From: Candidatus Melainabacteria bacterium 17Bon1m
GTDB taxonomy: Bacteria > Cyanobacteriota > Vampirovibrionia > Obscuribacterales > Obscuribacteraceae
Reading direction: 5' to 3'
Length of the DNA: 64,000 nucleotides
Assembly (NCBI GenBank): GCA_032128875.1
Contig: JAVLKG010000001.1
Coordinates: 921,453-985,452, forward strand
The notes under the pieces are model-generated. The model worked only from the letters and a program-made list of their open reading frames with translations, was not told the origin of the DNA and did not search any database. The position numbers and the translations under genes are program-made. Shown one piece after another: positions 31,315 through 39,962 of this stretch (the first letter of the stretch is position 1; every line of letters starts with the position of its first letter).

Positions 31315-32226
31315 ATGACGAAAGAAACCAAGTCAAAGAAAGTTTGGGCAACAGCAGAGTTTGAAACTTCAACTGATCGCGAAGACATTTGCAGTTGGTT
31401 GATGATTCAGTGCGGCGCGACAGGCTGTCAGATTGAGCCTCTCGACGACAAGAATATAAAAATCGTCGCGTCATTTGAAAAAGAGAATTTCACAGAAACC
31501 GAACTGAAGAATCTCCGCGCTTGCTTTGAAGAGTATTACTTGGGTGAGTGTCTACAAACCCTCAAAATAGTGGCTCTTGAAGAACAGGATTGGTTGACGA
31601 AATGGAAAGAAGGGTTCCACCCATTCGATATCGGCGAGAAACTACAAGTTTGCCCCTCCTGGTGGATGGATAAAGAGAGCGAGTTAAGTCCTTCTCGCAA
31701 GCACCTTTTCATAGATCCTGGTATGGCATTTGGGACAGGTTTGCATGCCACCACTCGCTATTGCCTCGGTGCAATTGAAAAAATCGAAGAACCCGGTGAT
31801 GTTGTCGATGTTGGCTCTGGTAGCGGTATTCTCGCTATTGCGGTTGCGCTCTTGAATGATAAGGCAAACATCACGGCAGTCGAAATCGACGCAATTGCTG
31901 TCGAGAATTCTTGCTACAACTTCAAGCTAAACGGTGTGGACAAGCGCATTGAGATGTTGACCGGCGAGTTGGAGCTTGTCGCTGACAGAAAGTTCGACAC
32001 AATTCTTTCCAATCTCACATGCGAAGACAACATGGCTCTATTGCCTGAATACTCGAAGATTCTCAAGCCTAATGGACGAGTTATCTGCGCAGGAATACTT
32101 TTGGAGAAACTTGAGCGACTTTTGCCCGTCATAGAGAACACTGGTTTTGCGATAGTCGATAAGGACACGTCAAACGGCTGGGCAGGCATTACCCTGATGC
32201 AAAAAACAGGCGCCTGCGCCAACTAG
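31315..32226 (+). CDS. prmA: Ribosomal protein L11 methyltransferase
   Basis: EQDW...WK, IDPGMAFGTG.H.TT, DVGSGSGILAI. Confidence 0.93.
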   Translation: MTKETKSKKVWATAEFETSTDREDICSWLMIQCGATGCQIEPLDDKNIKIVASFEKENFTETELKNLRACFEEYYLGECLQTLKIVALEEQDWLTKWKEGFHPFDIGEKLQVCPSWWMDKESELSPSRKHLFIDPGMAFGTGLHATTRYCLGAIEKIEEPGDVVDVGSGSGILAIAVALLNDKANITAVEIDAIAVENSCYNFKLNGVDKRIEMLTGELELVADRKFDTILSNLTCEDNMALLPEYSKILKPNGRVICAGILLEKLERLLPVIENTGFAIVDKDTSNGWAGITLMQKTGACAN

Positions 32227-32406
32227 TGGACTAAGCGGCGAATAAGCCAGCCAGTAAGGGTTTCCCAAGCTAATGGAAACCTTTATTTTGGGGGAAAGGC
32301 GCCAGGACGCTGCTATACTAAGATTTAGATTCCCAACTTTGCCCGTCCGGGCGGAGTTTTGCACCCTGAAAATTGAATAGACGAAGCATCTGCCAAACAC
32401 CCACAT

Positions 32407-32805
32407 GGGGGCGTTTAGATTCGACAGGGTTGTTGGGTCGTAGGCTGCAGGTCGAGGTCGCTTGGATCCTCGTTAAAAGCTGAGCAAAACAACAAACGCC
32501 AATGTAATCAGCGTTGATTTCTCCGCGAAGCGCGCTCTGCGCGCTGCCTAAAACTAACCTTTTAGAAGCGGAACTCGATAGTTTCTTGACTACCCGAAAC
32601 TAAAGGGTCAAACCACGGTGGTTGCCGCAGCACGAAGTTAGCGGTTAGTAGTGCTGCCTAAGACATAATCGCGAACCCGGGTAGCCGTTCAGGCTTCCTG
32701 CAGCGGGCTGAGCAATCAGCGACTGTAGAAATTTCTGAACTAAACTTGTAGACGCTTGCCTCTCGGCTTCTTTGGACGCGAGTGCGATTCTCGCCGCCTC
32801 CACCA
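32407..32805 (+). ncRNA. ssrA: tmRNA; tag peptide ANVISVDFSAKRALRAA* at 32498-32551
   Basis: 5' GGGGGCG pairs with 3' CGCCTCC-A-CCA including G3-U; GATTCGAC motif; T-arm GCGAG-TGCGATT-CTCGC; tag ends in AA. Confidence 0.97.
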
Positions 32806-32844
32806 TTTTCTATTTCAGATGCTTTTGTAGGGTCGACGCCATGC
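32787..32844 (+). repeat. attL direct repeat (58 bp)
   Basis: ATTCTCGCCGCCTCCACCATTTTCTATTTCAGATGCTTTTGTAGGGTCGACGCCATGC. Confidence 0.92.
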
Positions 32845-33017
32845 GTCGACCGCTTTTGCGCGGTTTCGAGCATTCTCAATAAGGAGAATGTGCGCAGGTT
32901 TGGCTCCTTTGTGGCCCGTCAATTTTTTTTTGGAACTGAAATCATCCGGTTTTCGCTTGGAATTTTGGGTGACGTAAAATGTCATCTGAAGCAACCAAAC
33001 AGATTTAGTAAAGCGTC

Positions 33018-33704
33018 GTGCCATCAACATCGATCAGACTTGTTTTTTCGAATCAGCGGATAGATCCAGCTCGAATCTCTGACGTTCTGGGCATGCAGCC
33101 GTCGCGGAAAGATCTTTCGTCAGACGATCAGAGACGCGGTTTTCCTTTTTGGGAACTGTCCTCGGATGAAGCCAACAAAGTAGAAGCGCAATTGCCGATT
33201 TGGATCGCCTTTTTGGAAAAGGTGCATATGCAGTTGAGAGCACTGAGTACTGAAGACCTGGGCGGTTATCTCGACGTGCGCGTGTACGAAGATAATTTCT
33301 ATGTTGAAGATCAACTGCTATCGCGGTTAGGCGCTTCCGGTATTGGAATAAGTGTTTGGTTCAATCCGCCGGAGCAAATGGAGTGGAAAGAACCTGAACA
33401 CTCATCCACTCTAATAATTCCTGAGCCAAACGGATTCTATTGCCAGCTTGATGAAGATCACTTTTTCAAATGGCTGCAAGACATTGAAGGTGTCAAGGAA
33501 GTGCGTGGACATTCTACTGGTTTGACTGTCTATTTGTCTGTCAGTGTTCTCTCTGATGCCTCTTTGCGCGATTTGATTGGACTTCTTTATCGATATGATC
33601 TTCCGATGGCGTTTTTGCGTTCGCAGCTCACTCCGAAAAACGCGCACTGGTTCAATGATCCGGAAAAGTTTTGGTATGAGAAGATTTTTGCAGAGGGTGC
33701 GTGA
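33018..33704 (+). CDS. Two-domain hypothetical protein (DUF4279-like N-terminus plus domain shared with 46102-46860)
   Basis: IDPARISDVLGMQPS; C-terminal FYCQLDEDHFF domain. Confidence 0.7.
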   Translation: MPSTSIRLVFSNQRIDPARISDVLGMQPSRKDLSSDDQRRGFPFWELSSDEANKVEAQLPIWIAFLEKVHMQLRALSTEDLGGYLDVRVYEDNFYVEDQLLSRLGASGIGISVWFNPPEQMEWKEPEHSSTLIIPEPNGFYCQLDEDHFFKWLQDIEGVKEVRGHSTGLTVYLSVSVLSDASLRDLIGLLYRYDLPMAFLRSQLTPKNAHWFNDPEKFWYEKIFAEGA

Positions 33705-34456
33705 TGCCAGAACGACATCCAATTTCAATCAAATCTTCGTCATTGACGTATCAGCCTTACGAGTTCTCGGGCGAATCTGGCTTGAGATTTTGGTTGTGGC
33801 GAGTTGAAATTGACGGAAAGTTGTTCTCGAAATCGATGTCTCCGTTTCGAGCGTCCGACGACAGAGTAGAACGATATGCTTGCGGTTACTGTGGTGTTGC
33901 AGGCGATGGCATGGTTTTTTACGATGTTCGCCGCTTGGGAGACCGAGTGATCTGGATTTATGAGGAGCTCTTAGAGGACTCTGGGAGAATCCAGGAGTTT
34001 GAGAACCTGCCGGAACTCTATGTGTTTGATGGCGCTGAGTACGAGAAAGAACTCGGCGCTGGGAGCGTTGCCGAATTGCCAGGCTTGACGATTACTGAGA
34101 TGCGAGCATTGCTACTCCGCTATCTTCCTCCAGCAGCACTTGCGTTGTATGTCAATCCAGAAAGCCCTGATGATCCGCGTGGATGCGCATTATTGCAGCA
34201 GGTTCATCGTGCGCTATCTGAGGATGGAGAAATAACTCCAGTATCCGGATGTCCAGGGGATCATATTGAAATAAGTATAGGACTGGATTTGCCGGGGGTG
34301 CCAGAGTGTCGCTGGTTTGTCGGAAAGAACGAGACAGGGGTGTGCGCGATGTTCGTCGCATTTCCACAGCTGCCATGTTGGATTGGTGGACAACAAGTTA
34401 CCGCAGCCTTTGATACGCGCAGTATCGCGCGGTTGCTGATACACAACGAGAGCTAA
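33701..34456 (+). CDS. Hypothetical protein with CxxC
   Basis: GTGA overlap with upstream stop; ACGYCG. Confidence 0.65.
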   Translation: MMPERHPISIKSSSLTYQPYEFSGESGLRFWLWRVEIDGKLFSKSMSPFRASDDRVERYACGYCGVAGDGMVFYDVRRLGDRVIWIYEELLEDSGRIQEFENLPELYVFDGAEYEKELGAGSVAELPGLTITEMRALLLRYLPPAALALYVNPESPDDPRGCALLQQVHRALSEDGEITPVSGCPGDHIEISIGLDLPGVPECRWFVGKNETGVCAMFVAFPQLPCWIGGQQVTAAFDTRSIARLLIHNES

Positions 34457-34482
34457 CTTGGACTGACTCCCTTTTGCATTGC

Positions 34483-34604
34483 TCATGACTTTGCCAACCG
34501 CCGAAGGGAGGGCTCGAGCAGTTTCTCCATACGAGCCGAATTTTCCGTCAGGTATCTTTGATGAATTTTGCGTAGTGCTTGAACGTCGTTTGTAGAGTTG
34601 AGTT
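34483..34604 (-). pseudogene. Probable C-terminal stub of a tyrosine integrase
   Basis: (N)STLQTTFKHYAKFIKD then, after a frameshift, LTENSARMEKLL; resembles the GHS....F.HYA.FI catalytic-Tyr segment. Confidence 0.45.
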
Positions 34605-34797
34605 GCTGTATTTCCCCGCAGTGTCGAGCAAACGATACAATCCGGTCACCATCGATTTTTGCAATCGAATTGAGGCGCAAGGAAAAAGTAAAATGGTGGC
34701 ACTCGGCGTTGAAATGCGCAAGCTATTGCACATAATCTATGGGGTCCTCAAGGCGGAAAAAACATTCAATGCAAAATTGCAGGTCCTCAATGCTTGA
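34603..34797 (+). pseudogene. IS110-family transposase C-terminal fragment
   Basis: LYFPAV..RYNP...RI..QGK.KMVALG..MRKLLHIIYGVLK...F. Confidence 0.8.
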
Positions 34798-34876
34798 CTA
34801 TCCGACTGACCAGTGTAGGTTTAGCAGCCTGCCGGTAAAATAGGACTTTGTAGATCGTGTTTTCGGAATACCTCAA

Positions 34877-35407
34877 TTGTCAGATGAACTTGCACGCCTG
34901 CAAAAGCTTTTAGAAACCGGGCAGCGTCTCTCTCTGCAAGGCTCTTATGAGCGTCGTGCAGCAGACAAAAAAGCAATGCCATATCTGCTTAATTGTAGGA
35001 CTGGATTGCGAAAATATGTGCGAGAACACCCTGACACAGTAGACGCCTGGTACGCACTTTCATTGGCGGAGGAATGCCTGCTAAATTTTCCTGCTGCGCG
35101 ACAATCCCTCGAGCAATATCTTGCACTAGGTGGAGAAAGGAGCAAGAAATTGCTCAAAAGGCTTGCCAATCTAAAGCAGTATGAGAAGAAGTGGTCGGAG
35201 CTGATGCTAAATCCGGTGCAACTTGAAAGTCTGGGTGTTTTTCTTGAACGCGAACTCGCAAAGTCAAACTGTGATCATTCAAATCGGCTGACCGAAGCTT
35301 GGCTCACAGATCACCTCAAGACCAAGCCGGCTCTTATACTCGAAGCGCTTAAGAGATATGGCGGTTACTGCGACTGCGAGGTGCTGCTTAATGTTGTTGC
35401 TGGATAG
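34877..35407 (+). CDS. DUF2695-like domain protein
   Basis: CDHS..LT.AWL ... GGYCDCEVLLN. Confidence 0.75.
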   Translation: MSDELARLQKLLETGQRLSLQGSYERRAADKKAMPYLLNCRTGLRKYVREHPDTVDAWYALSLAEECLLNFPAARQSLEQYLALGGERSKKLLKRLANLKQYEKKWSELMLNPVQLESLGVFLERELAKSNCDHSNRLTEAWLTDHLKTKPALILEALKRYGGYCDCEVLLNVVAG

Positions 35408-35564
35408 TTGGCCCAAGTGCAGAAATCATAACGGCACCAGGTTTGATTGTAATTGAAGACATGAGAAGGATGTAGTCATGCGATATTTCGGACGTTTAGT
35501 ATATTGACGTTATTTTACCAAAGCCTGAGAAAGGCTCGCTATCAGGTAACAGCTCATTCTCATT

Positions 35565-36461
35565 TCAGTTCAAGATTTCCAGCAACTGTTCAATTACATG
35601 ACTTACGTCTCGTTGCCGAAGAATCCTAGACTCTTTTGTCGCTTCTTCATTACTCTCGCCCAGTTCGAACTTCGCGACGGCTACTGGACCGTCCTTTTGA
35701 TAGCCTTCCACCTTCTCATCTCGTGCGAATCGTTTACGCAATACGTCTAACGCCGAGCGAACTGTTTCCGCGTGCTTGCCGTCCAACTCTTTTCGAAACT
35801 GCTCTTTAGCGGCAGTTACTCCGCCGGGTGCGTGTTCAAGGCAGTAGAGTAAATCATGCGCGTCCTTGCGTTCATTGCGCTGATCAAAAGCAAATGCTTT
35901 CAGGCAAGTGAACGAAACCAGATTCGCAAATCTTACTTTTTCAGTTGCGACACCGTTACCACCCAAGAGTTCAGCTTGAATCTCTTTGATCGCGTGCAGA
36001 TCAAAAACCATTGATGAGTGTGGAACATTCAATGCCGAAATTGTCTTCTCCGTTGGTAGTGCTTCTACTTTTCCGCCACCCAACTCCTCCGATTCGGAAA
36101 TGAGCTCAAGAATAACTGTGACATCGGCCTCGGTCTTGGTTTTCCAGCGCCAAGAGAGTTTTTTGCCAGCTTCATTCTCAGCGCGTTCGAACTCCATCTT
36201 TTTCAGATTCTCTTCAAGCGTGTGATAGGCCTCAGTATTAGCCAGAATCTGCAAGTCGATTACAATATCTACGTCCTGAGTACCAGCATGTGGAGGCACG
36301 CCCTCTCCGCTTGCATCGACTAAGTATCTTGGCGTCAGTCCGCCGATTAAATACACCGAATCCTTCCATGGACCTAGTCCTCGTAACAGCGTCACGAGAA
36401 CACGCTCGCAGTCGAGCGTGTATTCTTCATCGTACCCGTCGAAAGTCTTTGGCTTCGGCAT
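35565..36461 (-). CDS. AbiEii/MenT-like nucleotidyltransferase (putative toxin)
   Basis: YLIGGL, GTQDVD, LKAFA and KDAHD motifs; ATG overlaps upstream stop (TAATG). Confidence 0.75.
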   Translation of the reverse strand: MPKPKTFDGYDEEYTLDCERVLVTLLRGLGPWKDSVYLIGGLTPRYLVDASGEGVPPHAGTQDVDIVIDLQILANTEAYHTLEENLKKMEFERAENEAGKKLSWRWKTKTEADVTVILELISESEELGGGKVEALPTEKTISALNVPHSSMVFDLHAIKEIQAELLGGNGVATEKVRFANLVSFTCLKAFAFDQRNERKDAHDLLYCLEHAPGGVTAAKEQFRKELDGKHAETVRSALDVLRKRFARDEKVEGYQKDGPVAVAKFELGESNEEATKESRILRQRDVSHVIEQLLEILN

Positions 36462-37534
36462 TAGAAACCAATCCTCTCGTTTCGGAGATGTTCTGCCATC
36501 TCCATGGAACGTCCCTCGCCGTGCATCAAGTCCAGATACACCTGTACAGGACTTGCCAGCCAAATGTTGTCGATTTCATTTCGAAAGAGCAATCCGCCAT
36601 GTGCATCGGTTTCGATGATTCCGAGATTGGATCCTTCAACTACCGGTCGTGCCCCTAATTTAGAAATTGCATCTTGCGATTCAGGGGATTTGATCATCCT
36701 TAGCCGGATCTGCGAAATACTGGACAGAAATGGTGCATAGCGCTGTGCTGCGTATTCATAACTGACTGCGTACGCTATGTTGTTTTTTTTGCCAAACTGT
36801 TCGCCGATTCGTTGCATCAAGCCATCAGCTTTTACTCCAGGCACGTAATAGCGGTCCATTGCTGGTGATGGACGCTCCCTCACTTCTTTTGCCCATGCGT
36901 CGAGCAATGCGGTAGGCTGAGATAGTTGTCGCTCCTTTCTCGGTCCCTTTCCTTGCAATGATATCCAGTCCTGCCGCTCCAACTCTGAAAAAACTTCTGA
37001 TACCGTAGCTGGTGACACCATAGCTACTTCTGCGAGTTCATGAACCCCAAACCAACGCTCATGATGGACAAGAATCGCGTGGATTACTTGAGCCCGCCGT
37101 CCGGAAAACAGGGATCGAACGGCCCTTTCAAATGGCTTTGCTGACGGTCTCTCTAAATAACAGTACGCACCCGGCGCAGGCAGGTACAAACTGCCGCCGC
37201 TTTCAAAATATCCAATCTGCTCTGCTTGCAATTGCGCCTTCGCTCCAGGAGAAAGGTATTCTGCAATCATCACAAGAACGATGTCCTTGTGCGAAGGCAG
37301 CGCCTCCTCCGCTCGACGTAGTTGCCAGATCGCTTGCTGCACATCGCGCGGGTAGCCTGCTCTCTTTGCTTCCACAAGCAAGGTTAGTTCTTTGCCCGCT
37401 ACCTTTAAGTCGATTTTCGCATCAGCTGGTAGAGGCCGCTCTACTTCCAATTTTGCACGTACTTCTGGAAGTGCCTCAAGGCTCTTGAGAAACTCATGAA
37501 TCAATTGCTGCTCGTACTGTAGACCTTCCATCAT
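36461..37534 (-). CDS. AbiEi-like (DUF2186-type) antitoxin / transcriptional regulator
   Basis: HTH (VHELAEVAMVSPATVS), LLDAW, ASPVQVYLDL..GR..E.AEHLR. Confidence 0.75.
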   Translation of the reverse strand: MMEGLQYEQQLIHEFLKSLEALPEVRAKLEVERPLPADAKIDLKVAGKELTLLVEAKRAGYPRDVQQAIWQLRRAEEALPSHKDIVLVMIAEYLSPGAKAQLQAEQIGYFESGGSLYLPAPGAYCYLERPSAKPFERAVRSLFSGRRAQVIHAILVHHERWFGVHELAEVAMVSPATVSEVFSELERQDWISLQGKGPRKERQLSQPTALLDAWAKEVRERPSPAMDRYYVPGVKADGLMQRIGEQFGKKNNIAYAVSYEYAAQRYAPFLSSISQIRLRMIKSPESQDAISKLGARPVVEGSNLGIIETDAHGGLLFRNEIDNIWLASPVQVYLDLMHGEGRSMEMAEHLRNERIGF

Positions 37535-37548
37535 ATTCGCCGTATAGC

Positions 37549-37628
37549 CCATATTTACTGTACAGTAAATATGGCAAATTTGCAAGAAAATTCGCCATAG
37601 CGCTTATATTCGCTGTACAGTAAATATA
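37549..37628. promoter_or_regulatory. Two inverted-repeat operators upstream of the toxin-antitoxin operon
   Basis: Perfect 26-bp palindrome CCATATTTACTGTACAGTAAATATGG (37549-37574); imperfect copy TATATTCGCTGTACAGTAAATATA (37605-37628). Confidence 0.8.
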
Positions 37629-37855
37629 GGGAAAAGCGCAAATAACGCTACTGGAGAAGGATACGTGCCAATGCAAGCAGGATAAGCAGCCAAACCTACC
37701 CCAAAATTCCTTCAAAAGCTGTGGCCCATTTTGTGACCCCTCATGTGTCCATTTAGGACCATTAGCGCCGCTTCGCGCAAGCGACAAAAATCCCGAAAGC
37801 CGCACCATCAACCAAAATCAATTGACGAGTCTTAATGAGAATGGCTGCCCAGGCT

Positions 37856-37912
37856 ATTCTCGCCGCCTCCACCATTTTCATTTCAGATGCTTTTGTGGGG
37901 GCGACGCCATGC
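37856..37912 (+). repeat. attR direct repeat (57 bp; displaced tmRNA 3' end)
   Basis: Matches 32787-32844 with 1 indel and 2 substitutions. Confidence 0.92.
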
Positions 37913-37995
37913 AAAGATCGCCGGAACAAAATCGGCGATCAAAGCCTTGTACCTAGCTTGTGCATAAAGCCCTAAAGCATTAGGTATCATCACGC

Positions 37996-38805
37996 CTATT
38001 GCAGCTTCGTCCAGTACGCTCGCGTATATGCCATGTTCAAGCCGAGCTTTTCTTTGTTTCGCTGGCTTACGGTTGCGAAATACGTTCTGCTAAATATGAA
38101 TTCAACGTTGGCTCGCTTTGCGGCATTGATGCGCGCTCGATCTATCGCTGATTGTCCGCCTCTTCCACGAAATTGCGGTGGAGTTGCGGACACGGCGAGA
38201 AAACCAACTTCGTTGAAACAATACAATATGCCGCATGAAACTGCTTCATCTCCGTCATAAGCAAGAACAAGAGAGAACCCTGGCAAATTGATCCATTCCT
38301 CAACGGAGGATGCCAGAGTTTCCGGAAGCTCCGCTGGCGGTATTGTCCAGCCAGCGATCAGAAGTTTCTTGAATGTATTAAGTTCGCCTCGCCCGCGGAC
38401 CTCGCTTATTCTAAGTTTGGGTTGCTCCTCAGTTACATTCTCTGCATAATTGACTAATACAGGCAGAAAGTCAGTCTGTGAATAGGCGCGAGCGTATAAC
38501 GCTGCGCTCAAATCGTGATTCAGCGCACCAGGACTGATCTCGATATGTCGGTGCCCGTCCGCAAACTCTTGGTCCAAAATTGTGCTGGTGTGCGCAACGT
38601 CGCATTCCGTGGAAATGATCATGCGATTGAACAGAGGGTCTTTAACACTCGACGAAATGTATGCATATAGACCGGTCTTCTCTATCAAATTGCATACCTT
38701 GCTTCCCAAAACTTGATTGGTGGCATTTGCGACACCAGAGAAGAACGCATGTTCTGCTTGGTCTAAGCGCGCAATGACTTTTGCGTCGAGATGCAGTCGT
38801 TTCAT
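37996..38805 (-). CDS. GNAT-family N-acetyltransferase
   Basis: AT.PQFRGRGGQSA motif A; SQRN.EKLG. Confidence 0.8.
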   Translation of the reverse strand: MKRLHLDAKVIARLDQAEHAFFSGVANATNQVLGSKVCNLIEKTGLYAYISSSVKDPLFNRMIISTECDVAHTSTILDQEFADGHRHIEISPGALNHDLSAALYARAYSQTDFLPVLVNYAENVTEEQPKLRISEVRGRGELNTFKKLLIAGWTIPPAELPETLASSVEEWINLPGFSLVLAYDGDEAVSCGILYCFNEVGFLAVSATPPQFRGRGGQSAIDRARINAAKRANVEFIFSRTYFATVSQRNKEKLGLNMAYTRAYWTKLQ

Positions 38806-39764
38806 TAGTTTGCAGGAATCACCTTTGCTTTTGCCTTCAACTTTTGCAGCGCAGGTGATGCTGCAAGGACGTACAGCATATCCAACCCTAGCGTGGCACC
38901 GAGAATGGCTGTGATGGTTGAAGGATCATACGGCGGCGATACCTCTACCACATCACAGCCTACAACGTTCATCCCTGCCAGTCCCCATAGAATTTCCCGT
39001 TGCATTGCGGAGGTGATACCACCAGGAAGAGGCGTTCCCGTGCCGGGCGCATAGGCGGGGTCCATTCCATCGACATCGAGCGAGACATAACATGGATTAT
39101 CGCCGACGATGCTGCGAATCTTTTGCACGATCTCTTTGCTCTTCATCTCAAGACACTCGTGCGATGTCATCACATTAAACTTAGTATCCCCGGGGATGAG
39201 CGTACGAATACCAATCTGTACTGACGTTAGAGGATCAATGAGTCCTTCTTTGGCAGCGTAGATGAACATGCTGCCGTGGTTTAGAAATGGCCCATCATGA
39301 GTGTCTGTGTGTGCATCGAAGTGAATGAGTGATAGCTTCCCATGCGTTTTTGCGTGCGCCTTCACCGCAGGGTAAGCCACGAGGTGGTCTCCACCAAGTC
39401 CGAGAGTTCCGATTCCTAGCGCTGACATTTCGCTAACGTTTTCTTCGACATTGAGCAACATCTCTTCAGTCTGTCCGGGATAAAACACAATGTCACCGTA
39501 ATCGATGATGCTGTGTCGATCGCGCAAGTCATAATCGAAGGGCCAATGCGGACTTGCTAGTCCGACATAAACTGATTGCTCGCGAATTGCGCGCGGACCG
39601 TACCGTGCTCCTGGACGGTTGAAGATTTCGCAGTCGAATGGAACGCCATAAACAGCGAAATCCACATTCTCAAGTGATTGAGTATACGGCGCTCGCCAGA
39701 ACGTCACCAAACCCTGATAAGGTATGCGGCCCGCAAGTTTGTCTCGGCTTAGAACGCCTGCCAT
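38805..39764 (-). CDS. speB: Agmatinase (ureohydrolase family)
   Basis: GVPFD, RPGARYGP, GGDH, DAHTD, SLDVD..DP..APGTGTP.PGG, DVVEVSP. Confidence 0.88.
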   Translation of the reverse strand: MAGVLSRDKLAGRIPYQGLVTFWRAPYTQSLENVDFAVYGVPFDCEIFNRPGARYGPRAIREQSVYVGLASPHWPFDYDLRDRHSIIDYGDIVFYPGQTEEMLLNVEENVSEMSALGIGTLGLGGDHLVAYPAVKAHAKTHGKLSLIHFDAHTDTHDGPFLNHGSMFIYAAKEGLIDPLTSVQIGIRTLIPGDTKFNVMTSHECLEMKSKEIVQKIRSIVGDNPCYVSLDVDGMDPAYAPGTGTPLPGGITSAMQREILWGLAGMNVVGCDVVEVSPPYDPSTITAILGATLGLDMLYVLAASPALQKLKAKAKVIPAN

Positions 39765-39962
39765 GCTGTGTCCTTCCCTCGGTTGACGGCACGAATTTTA
39801 GCACGAAGGAACATGCTTCTGATGAGACAAACAAGATGACGAGTTGCAGAGCCAGTTTGTCTAATATTGCTAAAGGCAAGTGAGGACCTTTTGCGGCCAG
39901 TCAGAATATTTTGGGGAAACGAAATCGAAGAGTTGACAGAACTAAGGCGAGCTCGGCGGCAA

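Larger units (their letters stand above)
32787..37912. mobile_element. Decayed genomic island integrated at the tmRNA 3' end
   Basis: Flanking direct repeats; arm-like repeats; integrase and IS stubs; toxin-antitoxin cargo. Confidence 0.85.

Noticed and set aside
37856-37874. Second tRNA or tmRNA gene
   Set aside because: Only the last 19 nt of the tmRNA are present; this is the attR copy.
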